Source: an uncultured bacterium
GTDB lineage: Bacteria; Oederibacteriota; PGYV01; CAWJRG01
DNA: 64,000 nt
Reading direction: 5' to 3'
NCBI GenBank assembly: GCA_963845185.1
Contig: CAWJRG010000010.1
Location: 64,001-128,000, forward strand
Shown: positions 17,788 to 25,427 of the stretch, in pieces
Layout of the letters: each line of letters begins with the position of its first letter
Position numbering within the stretch: position 1 is the stretch's first letter
Made by a program: the position numbers and the translations under genes
Notes under the pieces: generated by a model
The model's input: only the letters and a program-made list of their open reading frames with translations
Database searches by the model: none
Told to the model about the DNA's origin: nothing

Positions 17788-18594
17788 TTATTTTTTTAAT
17801 ACTTTATTTATTATCGTCAGCCCGCCGAAAATCACGGTTGCGGTCACCACTATTGTGGCTCCTGACGCAAGATTAAAAGCATATGAAAAAATAAATCCTG
17901 TTATTGTAGAAATTATACTTATTATAACCGATAAAACAAGCAATTTTTTAAAATCATTTGTTAACAAAAGCGCCGAGGAAACCGGTATTATAAGGAATGC
18001 AACCGCAAGTATTATGCCCACTATCTTAATGGACGCCACTATTGTCACGGAAATAAGCGTCAACAGCATAAAATATATGAAATCCGTGTTAATCCCCGCT
18101 ATTCTTGCGCCTTCCTCGTCAAAAGAAAAAAACAAAAGTTCCTTGAAAAAGACATAAATTGTCGCGAGCACTACAACGCTTATGATAATTATCGTTATGA
18201 CATCACTTTCGCTCACCGCCAGTATGTCGCCGAACAAATAGCCGAATATGTCGGCGTTGTAGTTTTTGTTAAATCCGACAAATATAACTCCAAGCGCCAT
18301 GGTAAACGCGAAAAATATTCCTATAAGTGCGTCTTCTGATGTCCTTGTGGCTTTTTTCGATATGCCGATAAGCATCGCGACGATCCAAGCGAAAACAATG
18401 GCGGCTAACGAAGTATTCATGCCGAGCAAAAGTCCCAGGGCAATACCGCCGAATGCGGAATGCGCTATGCCGTCGCCTATAAATGACATTTTCTTCAGTA
18501 CAACGTAAACGCCTATAACGGCAAGCAGGGACCCGGAAACTATGCCTGCAACAAGCGCTCTCTGCACAAAACCGTAGTGAAATATATCAATCAT
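17788..18594 (-). CDS. znuB: Zn/Mn ABC transporter permease
   Basis: GDGIAHSAFGG, YLFGDILAV and SFDEE motifs. Confidence 0.9.
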   Translation of the reverse strand: MIDIFHYGFVQRALVAGIVSGSLLAVIGVYVVLKKMSFIGDGIAHSAFGGIALGLLLGMNTSLAAIVFAWIVAMLIGISKKATRTSEDALIGIFFAFTMALGVIFVGFNKNYNADIFGYLFGDILAVSESDVITIIIISVVVLATIYVFFKELLFFSFDEEGARIAGINTDFIYFMLLTLISVTIVASIKIVGIILAVAFLIIPVSSALLLTNDFKKLLVLSVIISIISTITGFIFSYAFNLASGATIVVTATVIFGGLTIINKVLKK

Positions 18595-18632
18595 GTAAAA
18601 CACCTGTCTTGCTTTTAAAATCCAAAATATTT

Positions 18633-19418
18633 TTACTCATGACTGTGCTCCTCAAAGCCATGGCTCCTTTTAATGTCAAAAACATACTTTGGGTCAATCC
18701 CGCATACCTCGCATGTTTTCGCGTCCGACAGCACCCCCTCAGGTTCGCCGTGCACATGTATTTTTCTGTTAACGCATGACACCTTGTTTATCTCCCTTGC
18801 AATCATGTTTATGTCGTGTGAAACAATTATGATGGTAAGGTTCAGGCCGATTTTTAAATCATTGAGCAGCTTGTAAAAAGCTTCCTGGTTTTTGAAATCC
18901 ACGCCTGTCGTGGGCTCGTCAAGTATCAAAAGTTCCGGGTTGTTGACAAGGCTGCGTGCGATGAAAACCCTTTGTTTCTGCCCTCCCGAAAGCGCGCCTA
19001 TATGTGTAGCAGCGTAACTGGCCATATCTGTCTTTTCAAGGGCTTCCATTGCTTTTTGTCTGTGCTCTTTTGTCGTCTTTTTGCCGGGACCCATTGAGGC
19101 GTAAAGCCCCATCATCACGGTATCAATCACGCTGACCGGAAAACTCGTGTTAATAAATGTCTCCTGCCTAACATAACCTATCTTATGCCTGTCTTCTTTG
19201 GAAAAATTCCACGGCGTTTTCCCGAAAACAAGTACCTCTCCTTTTGTCGGTTTTAACACTCCGGCTATTAATTTCAGCAGGGTTGTTTTCCCGCCGCCGT
19301 TCGGGCCTATTATCCCGAGAAAATCATTTTTCTCTATCTCGAAATTTACATCCTCTATTACGTCCTTGCCGTTGTATCCGGCAGAGACATTCCTGAATAT
19401 TATTATTTTTTCGTTCAC
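18633..19418 (-). CDS. znuC: Zn/Mn ABC transporter ATPase
   Basis: GPNGGGKT, LSGGQKQR, LDEPT and VSHD motifs, His-rich tail. Confidence 0.9.
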   Translation of the reverse strand: MNEKIIIFRNVSAGYNGKDVIEDVNFEIEKNDFLGIIGPNGGGKTTLLKLIAGVLKPTKGEVLVFGKTPWNFSKEDRHKIGYVRQETFINTSFPVSVIDTVMMGLYASMGPGKKTTKEHRQKAMEALEKTDMASYAATHIGALSGGQKQRVFIARSLVNNPELLILDEPTTGVDFKNQEAFYKLLNDLKIGLNLTIIIVSHDINMIAREINKVSCVNRKIHVHGEPEGVLSDAKTCEVCGIDPKYVFDIKRSHGFEEHSHE

Positions 19419-20281
19419 TTCATAGCTTCCTTCATGGCATCCAGATTTTTTTTCATAAATTCAACATAGGTTTCGTCCGTATTCCCGACCGGATCCAGTA
19501 CCAGGACCGACACACCCGCTTCTTTCGCGATTATATCCGCTGCTTTTCTCGGCAGCTGCGGCTCGGCAAAAATTGTCTTTATTTTGTATTTTTTTATCTG
19601 GCTTATTATATTTTCCAGCTCCTTGGGCGTCGGTTCCTTGCCCGGCGTTTCCTCGATAACGCCCACTTCTTTTAACCCGTATCTTTTTTCAAAATATGCC
19701 CATGCCGGATGGAAAGAAACAATATTTTTAATACCAAATTTCGACACTTCTCCCCTTATGTATTTATCAAGCGCGTCAAGCTGCATGTCCAAAAGTGCGT
19801 ATCTCGCGTAAAACGGGTCCTGTTTAAACGCTGGCACAGCAATTGCATCGTATATTTTTGCCGCTATATCTTTTACAAGGATAGGGTCGAGCCATATATG
19901 GGGATTTCCTGCCTCATGGTGCTTTTCATGTTCCTCTCCCTGTTCCTGCATAAGCTTGACGCCGTCAGTGCAGCGTATGATTTTAAGTTTTTTGTTCCCG
20001 GCAGCCCGGAGCATTTTCTCGTCCCAGAACTCCATACCTGCGCCTACCTCGATAAAAATATCCGCGTCTGCCAGTTCCTTTACCTGTGAAGGCTTTGGCT
20101 CGAATGTATGCTCGCTGGCGCCTGGCGGCACCATTACTGTTATATCCGCTTTATCGCCCGTTATCGCTTTTGTTATATTGTAAAGCGGTATTATGCTTAC
20201 GACAATTTTCAGCTTTTTTTCCGCTGCAAAAATATTGCATGCTATGTACGCTACCGCCAATAACAGAATTAACTTTTTCAT
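19415..20281 (-). CDS. znuA: Zn/Mn ABC transporter substrate-binding protein
   Basis: SEHTFEP, short His-rich loop, NPHIWLDP, FHPAWAYF and LDP motifs. Confidence 0.9.
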   Translation of the reverse strand: MKKLILLLAVAYIACNIFAAEKKLKIVVSIIPLYNITKAITGDKADITVMVPPGASEHTFEPKPSQVKELADADIFIEVGAGMEFWDEKMLRAAGNKKLKIIRCTDGVKLMQEQGEEHEKHHEAGNPHIWLDPILVKDIAAKIYDAIAVPAFKQDPFYARYALLDMQLDALDKYIRGEVSKFGIKNIVSFHPAWAYFEKRYGLKEVGVIEETPGKEPTPKELENIISQIKKYKIKTIFAEPQLPRKAADIIAKEAGVSVLVLDPVGNTDETYVEFMKKNLDAMKEAMK

Positions 20282-20284
20282 CGT

Positions 20285-21151
20285 TCACCGCCTTGATTTT
20301 AACGCGTATTTTAAAACAATACTGCCTATGGGCAAGCCGAGGTCATCGGCAATTACTTCACATTTAACTTTCAGCAGGAAAAATATCGGCCTTTTTTCCT
20401 CACGTAAAAGCTCGTAATTTCCCTGCCCTTTGCTTATTATTACGTCTGCGTTTTTATAAAACTCCAGGAACTGCCTGGTTCCTTTTCCCGGCATAATCCC
20501 GGGCATGTCAGAGCCTGACGATATTATTGCAGCACATTTGTTCAAGCCCGAAAAATTCGCGTCTGCCAGCATTGCATCGTTGATTATCGGCTTTTCTTTG
20601 ACGGCATATACGATACTGCATTTGTTATGGGCTTTTATTTCCTCGATTAAAACCCTGTCAAAAACTGTCTCGCCAGCGTTGTCGCTAAGGTATAAAATAC
20701 TTTTTGCTTTTTTAATTTCGCGCTTGAATTCAACAGCGTCAAACACCCCTGATTTCGCAAAAAAAGCCTCATTAAGCTCTTTTCTAATATCAAAATGCCC
20801 GTTCACGCCGAAATCAATTATATTGCCTGCAATCGCTGCCCTGACTGCAGCCAGCAGCCTGTCTTTTGACTTTTCAACCCTCATTTTTACATCCGGATAA
20901 AGCTTTAGGGCAAGTGCGTTGTACTCTTTTTTCAGGTTTTTATACGGGTCTTTCTGTCCGGATATTTTTTTTACTATGTCCTGCACCCTCTTGCCCATGA
21001 CAGGCGGCGGCACATCCATGTCGTGTGCTATCATGCTGCGCGCAACTTCAACAAGAATTCTCTTATGCAAATCCTTTTTCTTTGTCGCTATCCTGCCTGC
21101 TTTCAGCGCTTGCGCTATAAAACACGGCATGCAGTCAACAGCTGTTTTCAT
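20285..21151 (-). CDS. DUF89/ARMT1-like damage-control phosphatase
   Basis: N-terminal DCMPC, AIAGNIIDFG, DNAGETVFD, PIINDA, SKGQGNYE and KC motifs. Confidence 0.93.
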   Translation of the reverse strand: MKTAVDCMPCFIAQALKAGRIATKKKDLHKRILVEVARSMIAHDMDVPPPVMGKRVQDIVKKISGQKDPYKNLKKEYNALALKLYPDVKMRVEKSKDRLLAAVRAAIAGNIIDFGVNGHFDIRKELNEAFFAKSGVFDAVEFKREIKKAKSILYLSDNAGETVFDRVLIEEIKAHNKCSIVYAVKEKPIINDAMLADANFSGLNKCAAIISSGSDMPGIMPGKGTRQFLEFYKNADVIISKGQGNYELLREEKRPIFFLLKVKCEVIADDLGLPIGSIVLKYALKSRR

Positions 21152-22077
21152 AATTGTTTACCAATGAATTTATAAAATTCCTTATCCCCAAAAACTTCTT
21201 TGATGATTTTTCCGTCATCAAGTAAATTTTTTAAATATTTTTCAATTTCTTTATCAGAAATATTTAATGCCTGCCCAAAATCTTCCGCTGTCATTGGCCT
21301 GCGCTGTAAAGCATCAAGCATCGCGTCCTCAATATTATCAATTGTCTTCAGTTGACCTCCCTTATAACTTCCTATTACTTCGGCTTTTGGTCCGAGCAAA
21401 GCCCTGAGTGTTTCCAGTTTTGCGCTGTCCACAGGTTCCGCGGCCTCTTCCGCACGCGAGCGCACAACCGTATTTAGCTGAATCTTTTTTATTTGCGGAA
21501 TGCCGTCAATTACTTTTTTTATTTCAAGCATTTCCTTTTCATTGTCGTTAAATCCCTTTACCACCATTATTTCAAGCCAGATTTCCCCTTTATATTCCGC
21601 CGCGAATTCTTTCAGGCCCTTTATTACTTTTTCAGCCGTTATGCTTTTATGCGGCCTGTTTATCCTGATAAAAGTTTCTTTTGTCACCGCGTCAAGCGAA
21701 GGCAACACCATATCCGCGCCCATCAAATCCTTTCTCACTTTCTTGTCATAAAGCAACACCCCGTTTGTAATAACCGCTATTTTTTTATTCGTGATTTTCC
21801 TTATTTCAGCTATTACCTCGCCAAGATTCAGTGCAAGTGTCGGCTCGCCCGAGCCTGATATCGTCACATAGTCAGTATTACCGCCCTTGTTGAAAAACTC
21901 TTTTATTTCAGCGATTACATCCGCAGTCTTGACAAACAACGTGCGCTCACTGACAAGCTTAAAACTTTTCCCAAGTTCGCAGTACACGCAGTTTAAATTG
22001 CAGGACTTGCCAGCAAGTAAATCTATTCCCAGTGACAAACCAAGCCTGCGTGACGGAACCGGTCCGAAAATATACAT
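21148..22077 (-). CDS. Radical SAM protein (TYW1-like bacterial subfamily) with a putative C-terminal winged HTH
   Basis: FGPVPSRRLGLSLG, CNLNCVYC, SGSGEPTL and ITNG motifs. Confidence 0.92.
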   Translation of the reverse strand: MYIFGPVPSRRLGLSLGIDLLAGKSCNLNCVYCELGKSFKLVSERTLFVKTADVIAEIKEFFNKGGNTDYVTISGSGEPTLALNLGEVIAEIRKITNKKIAVITNGVLLYDKKVRKDLMGADMVLPSLDAVTKETFIRINRPHKSITAEKVIKGLKEFAAEYKGEIWLEIMVVKGFNDNEKEMLEIKKVIDGIPQIKKIQLNTVVRSRAEEAAEPVDSAKLETLRALLGPKAEVIGSYKGGQLKTIDNIEDAMLDALQRRPMTAEDFGQALNISDKEIEKYLKNLLDDGKIIKEVFGDKEFYKFIGKQL

Positions 22078-22144
22078 TCTATTTTTCTCCTTATATTAAG
22101 GTCGGCAATAAATTATAAACGATTGACATTTGATTTGGAATTTC

Positions 22145-22453
22145 TTATTTTTTATATTTGACTTTCTCTTTTACCGTTTTTACGCTTCTTTCCATGGAAG
22201 TTATTATATCCTTCCTGTCGTCGATTTTAATCGTTGTTATAACCCTTTTCACGTCATCGGCAAACATAGCTTCATGCATTTGTCTGGAAACGTCAAAAAG
22301 CATTGCTACATCGGCTTCCACGACCGTACACATTGGGCATACTTCGTATTTTAACCCCATATTATCAAGGATTTTTATGGCACTTGCCTGGTATTTGCTT
22401 ACACCTGCTGTTTTCGTGCCCAAAGGCAACATGTTGATTTCCATAAGAGCCAT
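22145..22453 (-). CDS. MTH1187/YkoF-family thiamine-binding protein
   Basis: PLGT..GVSKY, PMCTVVE and RVITTIKIDDRKD motifs. GGAGG RBS before ATG 22453. Confidence 0.88.
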   Translation of the reverse strand: MALMEINMLPLGTKTAGVSKYQASAIKILDNMGLKYEVCPMCTVVEADVAMLFDVSRQMHEAMFADDVKRVITTIKIDDRKDIITSMERSVKTVKEKVKYKK

Positions 22454-22454
22454 T

Positions 22455-22625
22455 TTATTCCTCCTTTCCCACCGCATTTTCAATACCGGGTATTTTGCCC
22501 TTAAAGCAAACCGGTATTGACGGGCATCCTTTTCTGTCAAAGGTTTTGCAGTATTTGTATGTAACCTCTCCGCCCAGCACCGGGCAGCGTATGCTCAATT
22601 CATCGTATTTCGAATACGAATCCAT
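22455..22625 (-). CDS. 56-aa four-cysteine microprotein
   Basis: Not in the ORF track. MDSYSKYDELSIRCPVLGGEVTYKYCKTFDRKGCPSIPVCFKGKIPGIENAVGKEE, AAGGCGGT RBS, stop 1 nt before the next ATG. Confidence 0.75.
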   Translation of the reverse strand: MDSYSKYDELSIRCPVLGGEVTYKYCKTFDRKGCPSIPVCFKGKIPGIENAVGKEE

Positions 22626-22711
22626 TATATTACCGCCTTTTTATGTAAATTTATGATAAATTATATAGGTATATTAAAAAATTGTCAAATAATGAAATTT
22701 TTATCAGAGGC

Positions 22712-22855
22712 ACTTTCATTCAACCACGGGATTGCTGTAGTTGAATGAAAGTAGACTAAAATCAAACATCCAACCTTATTGAGAGGTTTTAAAGCCCTCT
22801 CCTTAAAAAACGACGAAGTTGGGAGGACTACAGTACCACGGCTTTAGCAGTGGAT
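22712..22855. repeat. Cluster of three intergenic hairpins ending in the palindrome TACCACGGCTTTAGCAGTGGAT
   Basis: actttcattcaac...gttgaatgaaagt (22712-22752), ccaac..gagagg..cctctc..gttgg, and 22834-22855, which matches the reconstructed IS1182 target site. Confidence 0.65.
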
Positions 22856-22868
22856 ATCCATAATTAGC

Positions 22869-22896
22869 TTGAAAATTTTCGTCTTTACTTTATAAT
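22869..22896 (+). promoter_or_regulatory. Probable serS promoter
   Basis: TTGAAA-N16-TATAAT, about 47 nt upstream of the ATG. Confidence 0.6.
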
Positions 22897-22943
22897 AAAC
22901 ACTCACGAGATTAAAATCATAAACACATCATTTAGGAGAAAAT

Positions 22944-24221
22944 ATGCACGATATCAAGGTATTGAGGGAAACTCCCGATAAAATTAAAGAAGGCATTTCC
23001 AAAAAAGGTGTAAACACCAAAATAGTGGACGAGGCCCTCGAAATAGATGGAAAAAGGCGCGTAGTACTTCAGGAAGTGGAGAAACTAAAAGCAGAAAACA
23101 ACAAGGTTTCGGGCGACATAGCAAAAATGAAAAGAGAAGGCAAAGATACAGCCGGCATAATTGCTTCAATGAAAAAAGTGACGGATAAAATAAAAGAACT
23201 GGATGAGGAACTGGCAAAAATAGAGGAAGAGTTTAATAAAAAGATGGTCTGGATACCGAATATTCCCCATAGTGACGTCCCTGTTGGAAAAGACGAGACA
23301 TCAAACGTAATAGTCTCTCAATGGGGTGAAAAAGCCAATTTCGGCTTTAAACCCAAACCACACTGGGAAATAGCCGAATACCTCGATATTCTCGACTCCG
23401 CGCGCGCGGCAAAAATAACAGGTGCCAGATTCACTCTCTATAAGGGAGCAGGCGCTTTGCTTGAACGCGCGCTTATCAATTTTATGCTCGATGTCCATAC
23501 AAGGGAGCACAATTATACCGAAATAATTCCCCCGATACTCGTCAACAGGGATTCCATGCTCGGCACTGCACAGCTTCCTAAGCTTGAGCCTGATATGTTC
23601 AAAGTCGTAGAGCCTGATTATTTTTTAATTCCGACTGCCGAGGTTCCGGTCACAAGCATACACAAGGATGAAATATTAAAGGAAAAAGACCTGCCAGTAT
23701 ATTACACGGCCTATACCCCGTGTTTCAGGAAGGAAGCAGGCTCTTACGGCAAGGATATGAAAGGCATAGTAAGGATGCACCAGTTTAATAAAGTCGAACT
23801 GGTAAAACTCGTACATCCCGATGCTTCTTATAACGAACTGGAGAAACTTCTCAAGGATGCATGTGTTATCCCGCAAAGGCTCGGCCTCCATTATAGGGTT
23901 GCGGCTCTTTCAACAGGCGACCTGAGCTTTGCGTCCGCAAAAACTTATGATATAGAAATATGGCATCCGGGCGGTGAAAGGTACTGGGAGGTGTCCTCCT
24001 GCTCCAACTTTGAGGATTTCCAGGCGCGGCGCTTAAAAATCAGGTTTAAGGACAGGGAAAACAAGGTGAGGTTTGTGCATACTTTAAATGGCTCAGGCCT
24101 TGCGACTTCACGACTGCTTCCCGCAATACTTGAAGTATATCAGACCGAAAATATGGAAGTTATTATCCCTGAAGTTCTCAGGCCTTACATGGCCGGAATT
24201 GACAAAATCAAGAAAAAATAG
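22944..24221 (+). CDS. serS: Serine--tRNA ligase
   Basis: N-terminal coiled coil, LIPTAEVP, FRKEAG, HQFNKVE, EVSSCSN and HTLNGSGLA motifs. Confidence 0.98.
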   Translation: MHDIKVLRETPDKIKEGISKKGVNTKIVDEALEIDGKRRVVLQEVEKLKAENNKVSGDIAKMKREGKDTAGIIASMKKVTDKIKELDEELAKIEEEFNKKMVWIPNIPHSDVPVGKDETSNVIVSQWGEKANFGFKPKPHWEIAEYLDILDSARAAKITGARFTLYKGAGALLERALINFMLDVHTREHNYTEIIPPILVNRDSMLGTAQLPKLEPDMFKVVEPDYFLIPTAEVPVTSIHKDEILKEKDLPVYYTAYTPCFRKEAGSYGKDMKGIVRMHQFNKVELVKLVHPDASYNELEKLLKDACVIPQRLGLHYRVAALSTGDLSFASAKTYDIEIWHPGGERYWEVSSCSNFEDFQARRLKIRFKDRENKVRFVHTLNGSGLATSRLLPAILEVYQTENMEVIIPEVLRPYMAGIDKIKKK

Positions 24222-24270
24222 TATTATTCCATCTCAGGTTATTGGACTAAAATATAAGCAGGAGGTTCCA

Positions 24271-24498
24271 ATGGAAGAAAATAAGCCGGTAGAAAACCAG
24301 CCAAAAGCCGCTGCAGGCAAAAACAAAAACGGCCTTTATGTCATAGGCATTGCCATAGCTATTCTTGTGCTGGGATACTACATACTTACAAAGGTAAACG
24401 CAGACGCGTCAAACTGGGCAGGGGCCGTGTCGCCTATCCTTATAATAGGCGGGTATATACTTGTCGCTGTCGGCATCCTGATAGGCTGGGACGAATAA
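24271..24498 (+). CDS. Small two-TM membrane protein, DUF3098-like
   Basis: GGAGG RBS before ATG 24271, two hydrophobic helices with LGYYIL...SPILIIGGY. Confidence 0.75.
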   Translation: MEENKPVENQPKAAAGKNKNGLYVIGIAIAILVLGYYILTKVNADASNWAGAVSPILIIGGYILVAVGILIGWDE

Positions 24499-24581
24499 AG
24501 CATTTCTGATTTCAAATTTCAGATTGCAGATTTTAAACTTTAAATCTAAAATTTAAAAATATGAATTTTGAAATTATTTAA

Positions 24582-24668
24582 GGAGGGCTAGTCCTAATTG
24601 GTAAGGCGTCTGACTTGAAATCAGATGGGCGCAAGCCCTTGGGGGTTCGAGTCCCTCGCCCTCCGCCA
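24582..24668 (+). tRNA. tRNA-Ser(UGA)
   Basis: Acceptor GGAGGGC/GCCCTCC, anticodon arm TCTGA-CTTGAAA-TCAGA, long variable arm, GGTTCGAGTCC, G73 and encoded CCA. Confidence 0.96.
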
Positions 24669-24717
24669 AGATTACCAATAATACCGTTGATGTAAAATTT
24701 GTTCATTGTGATCCGAT

Positions 24718-24852
24718 AGCGGAAAGGACTCGAAGCGAGTGAGCGCCGAGCGATTAGCGAGGAATAGCCGATTAGGCGTCAGCGAACGAGGGGGTCGACG
24801 AGCGAAACGCTGGAGCGTTTCGTAAGGTGACCGAGTCCCTCGCCCTCCGCCA
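24718..24852 (+). repeat. tRNA-linked structured repeat ending in a 21-bp copy of the tRNA-Ser(UGA) 3' end
   Basis: CGAGTCCCTCGCCCTCCGCCA at 24648-24668 and 24832-24852; GGACTCG near 24726 can pair with the repeated CGAGTCC. Confidence 0.8.
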
Positions 24853-25021
24853 TGATTTTCAGCTTCGCTGAAAATCCGAGAACCGAGAATAGATAATTGA
24901 AAATAGAACAAGGTAGCAACGGCTTAATCTAATTATAAATAAATGCACACAGTCGATTCTCAATTTTCAATTTTCAGATTTTATTATCCCATAGTATAGT
25001 TTTTTAACATATTTTCCTCGC

Positions 25022-25236
25022 GGAGAGATGGCCGAGTGGACGATGGCAGCTGCCTGCCAAGCAGTTGATCCGGATAACTGGTTCGAGGGCTTCGGCCTGC
25101 GGCCGAAGACAAGGCTCACGCCGAGCGATTAGCGAGGAAAAGCAAAGCGTATAATCATTGCCGCTTTGCGCAAGTGAGCCGAGGCGAGACTACGCAGCAC
25201 GCTTCCAGCGGGCGGAGTAGTCGAATCCCCATCGCC
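25022..25236 (+). pseudogene. Disrupted copy of tRNA-Ser(GCU), anticodon changed to GCC, with a ~130-nt structured insertion at the T-loop
   Basis: 25022-25089 is nearly identical to the 5' part of 25296-25387. TCGAATCCC resumes at 25221 and the acceptor 3' strand is degenerate. Confidence 0.82.
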
Positions 25237-25295
25237 AAGGGCGATGAAATGCAACTTTGAAATAATAAAGAGCGTTATAATATTTATCTTCCTGC

Positions 25296-25387
25296 GGAGA
25301 GATGGCCGAGTGGACGATGGCAGCTGCCTGCTAAGCAGTTGATCTGGGCAACCGGGTCCGAGGGTTCGAATCCCTCTCTCTCCGCCA
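25296..25387 (+). tRNA. tRNA-Ser(GCU)
   Basis: Acceptor GGAGAGA/TCTCTCC, anticodon arm GCTGC-CTGCTAA-GCAGT, long variable arm, GAGGGTTCGAATCCCTC, GCCA end. Confidence 0.96.
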
Positions 25388-25427
25388 TTTTATTATATAA
25401 AAATGGATTCGCCCTCCGCCACAATAA

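Noticed and set aside
22700..22940. T-box riboswitch upstream of serS
   Set aside because: agttgggagg...gtaccacgg only loosely resembles GGGTGGTACC. There is no terminator with a U-run, and the hairpins lie upstream of the likely serS promoter.
24582..24668. tRNA-Sec or opal suppressor
   Set aside because: The anticodon is UGA (reads UCA, Ser), not UCA, and the acceptor stem is a normal 7 bp.
25090..25220. Self-splicing group I intron in a tRNA
   Set aside because: At about 130 nt it is too short, it is not in the anticodon loop, I see no P7 core, and excision would not restore an acceptor stem.
24648..25421. Prophage or genomic island at tRNA-Ser
   Set aside because: The direct repeats enclose under 0.8 kb with no integrase or cargo; kept only as a mini-element finding.
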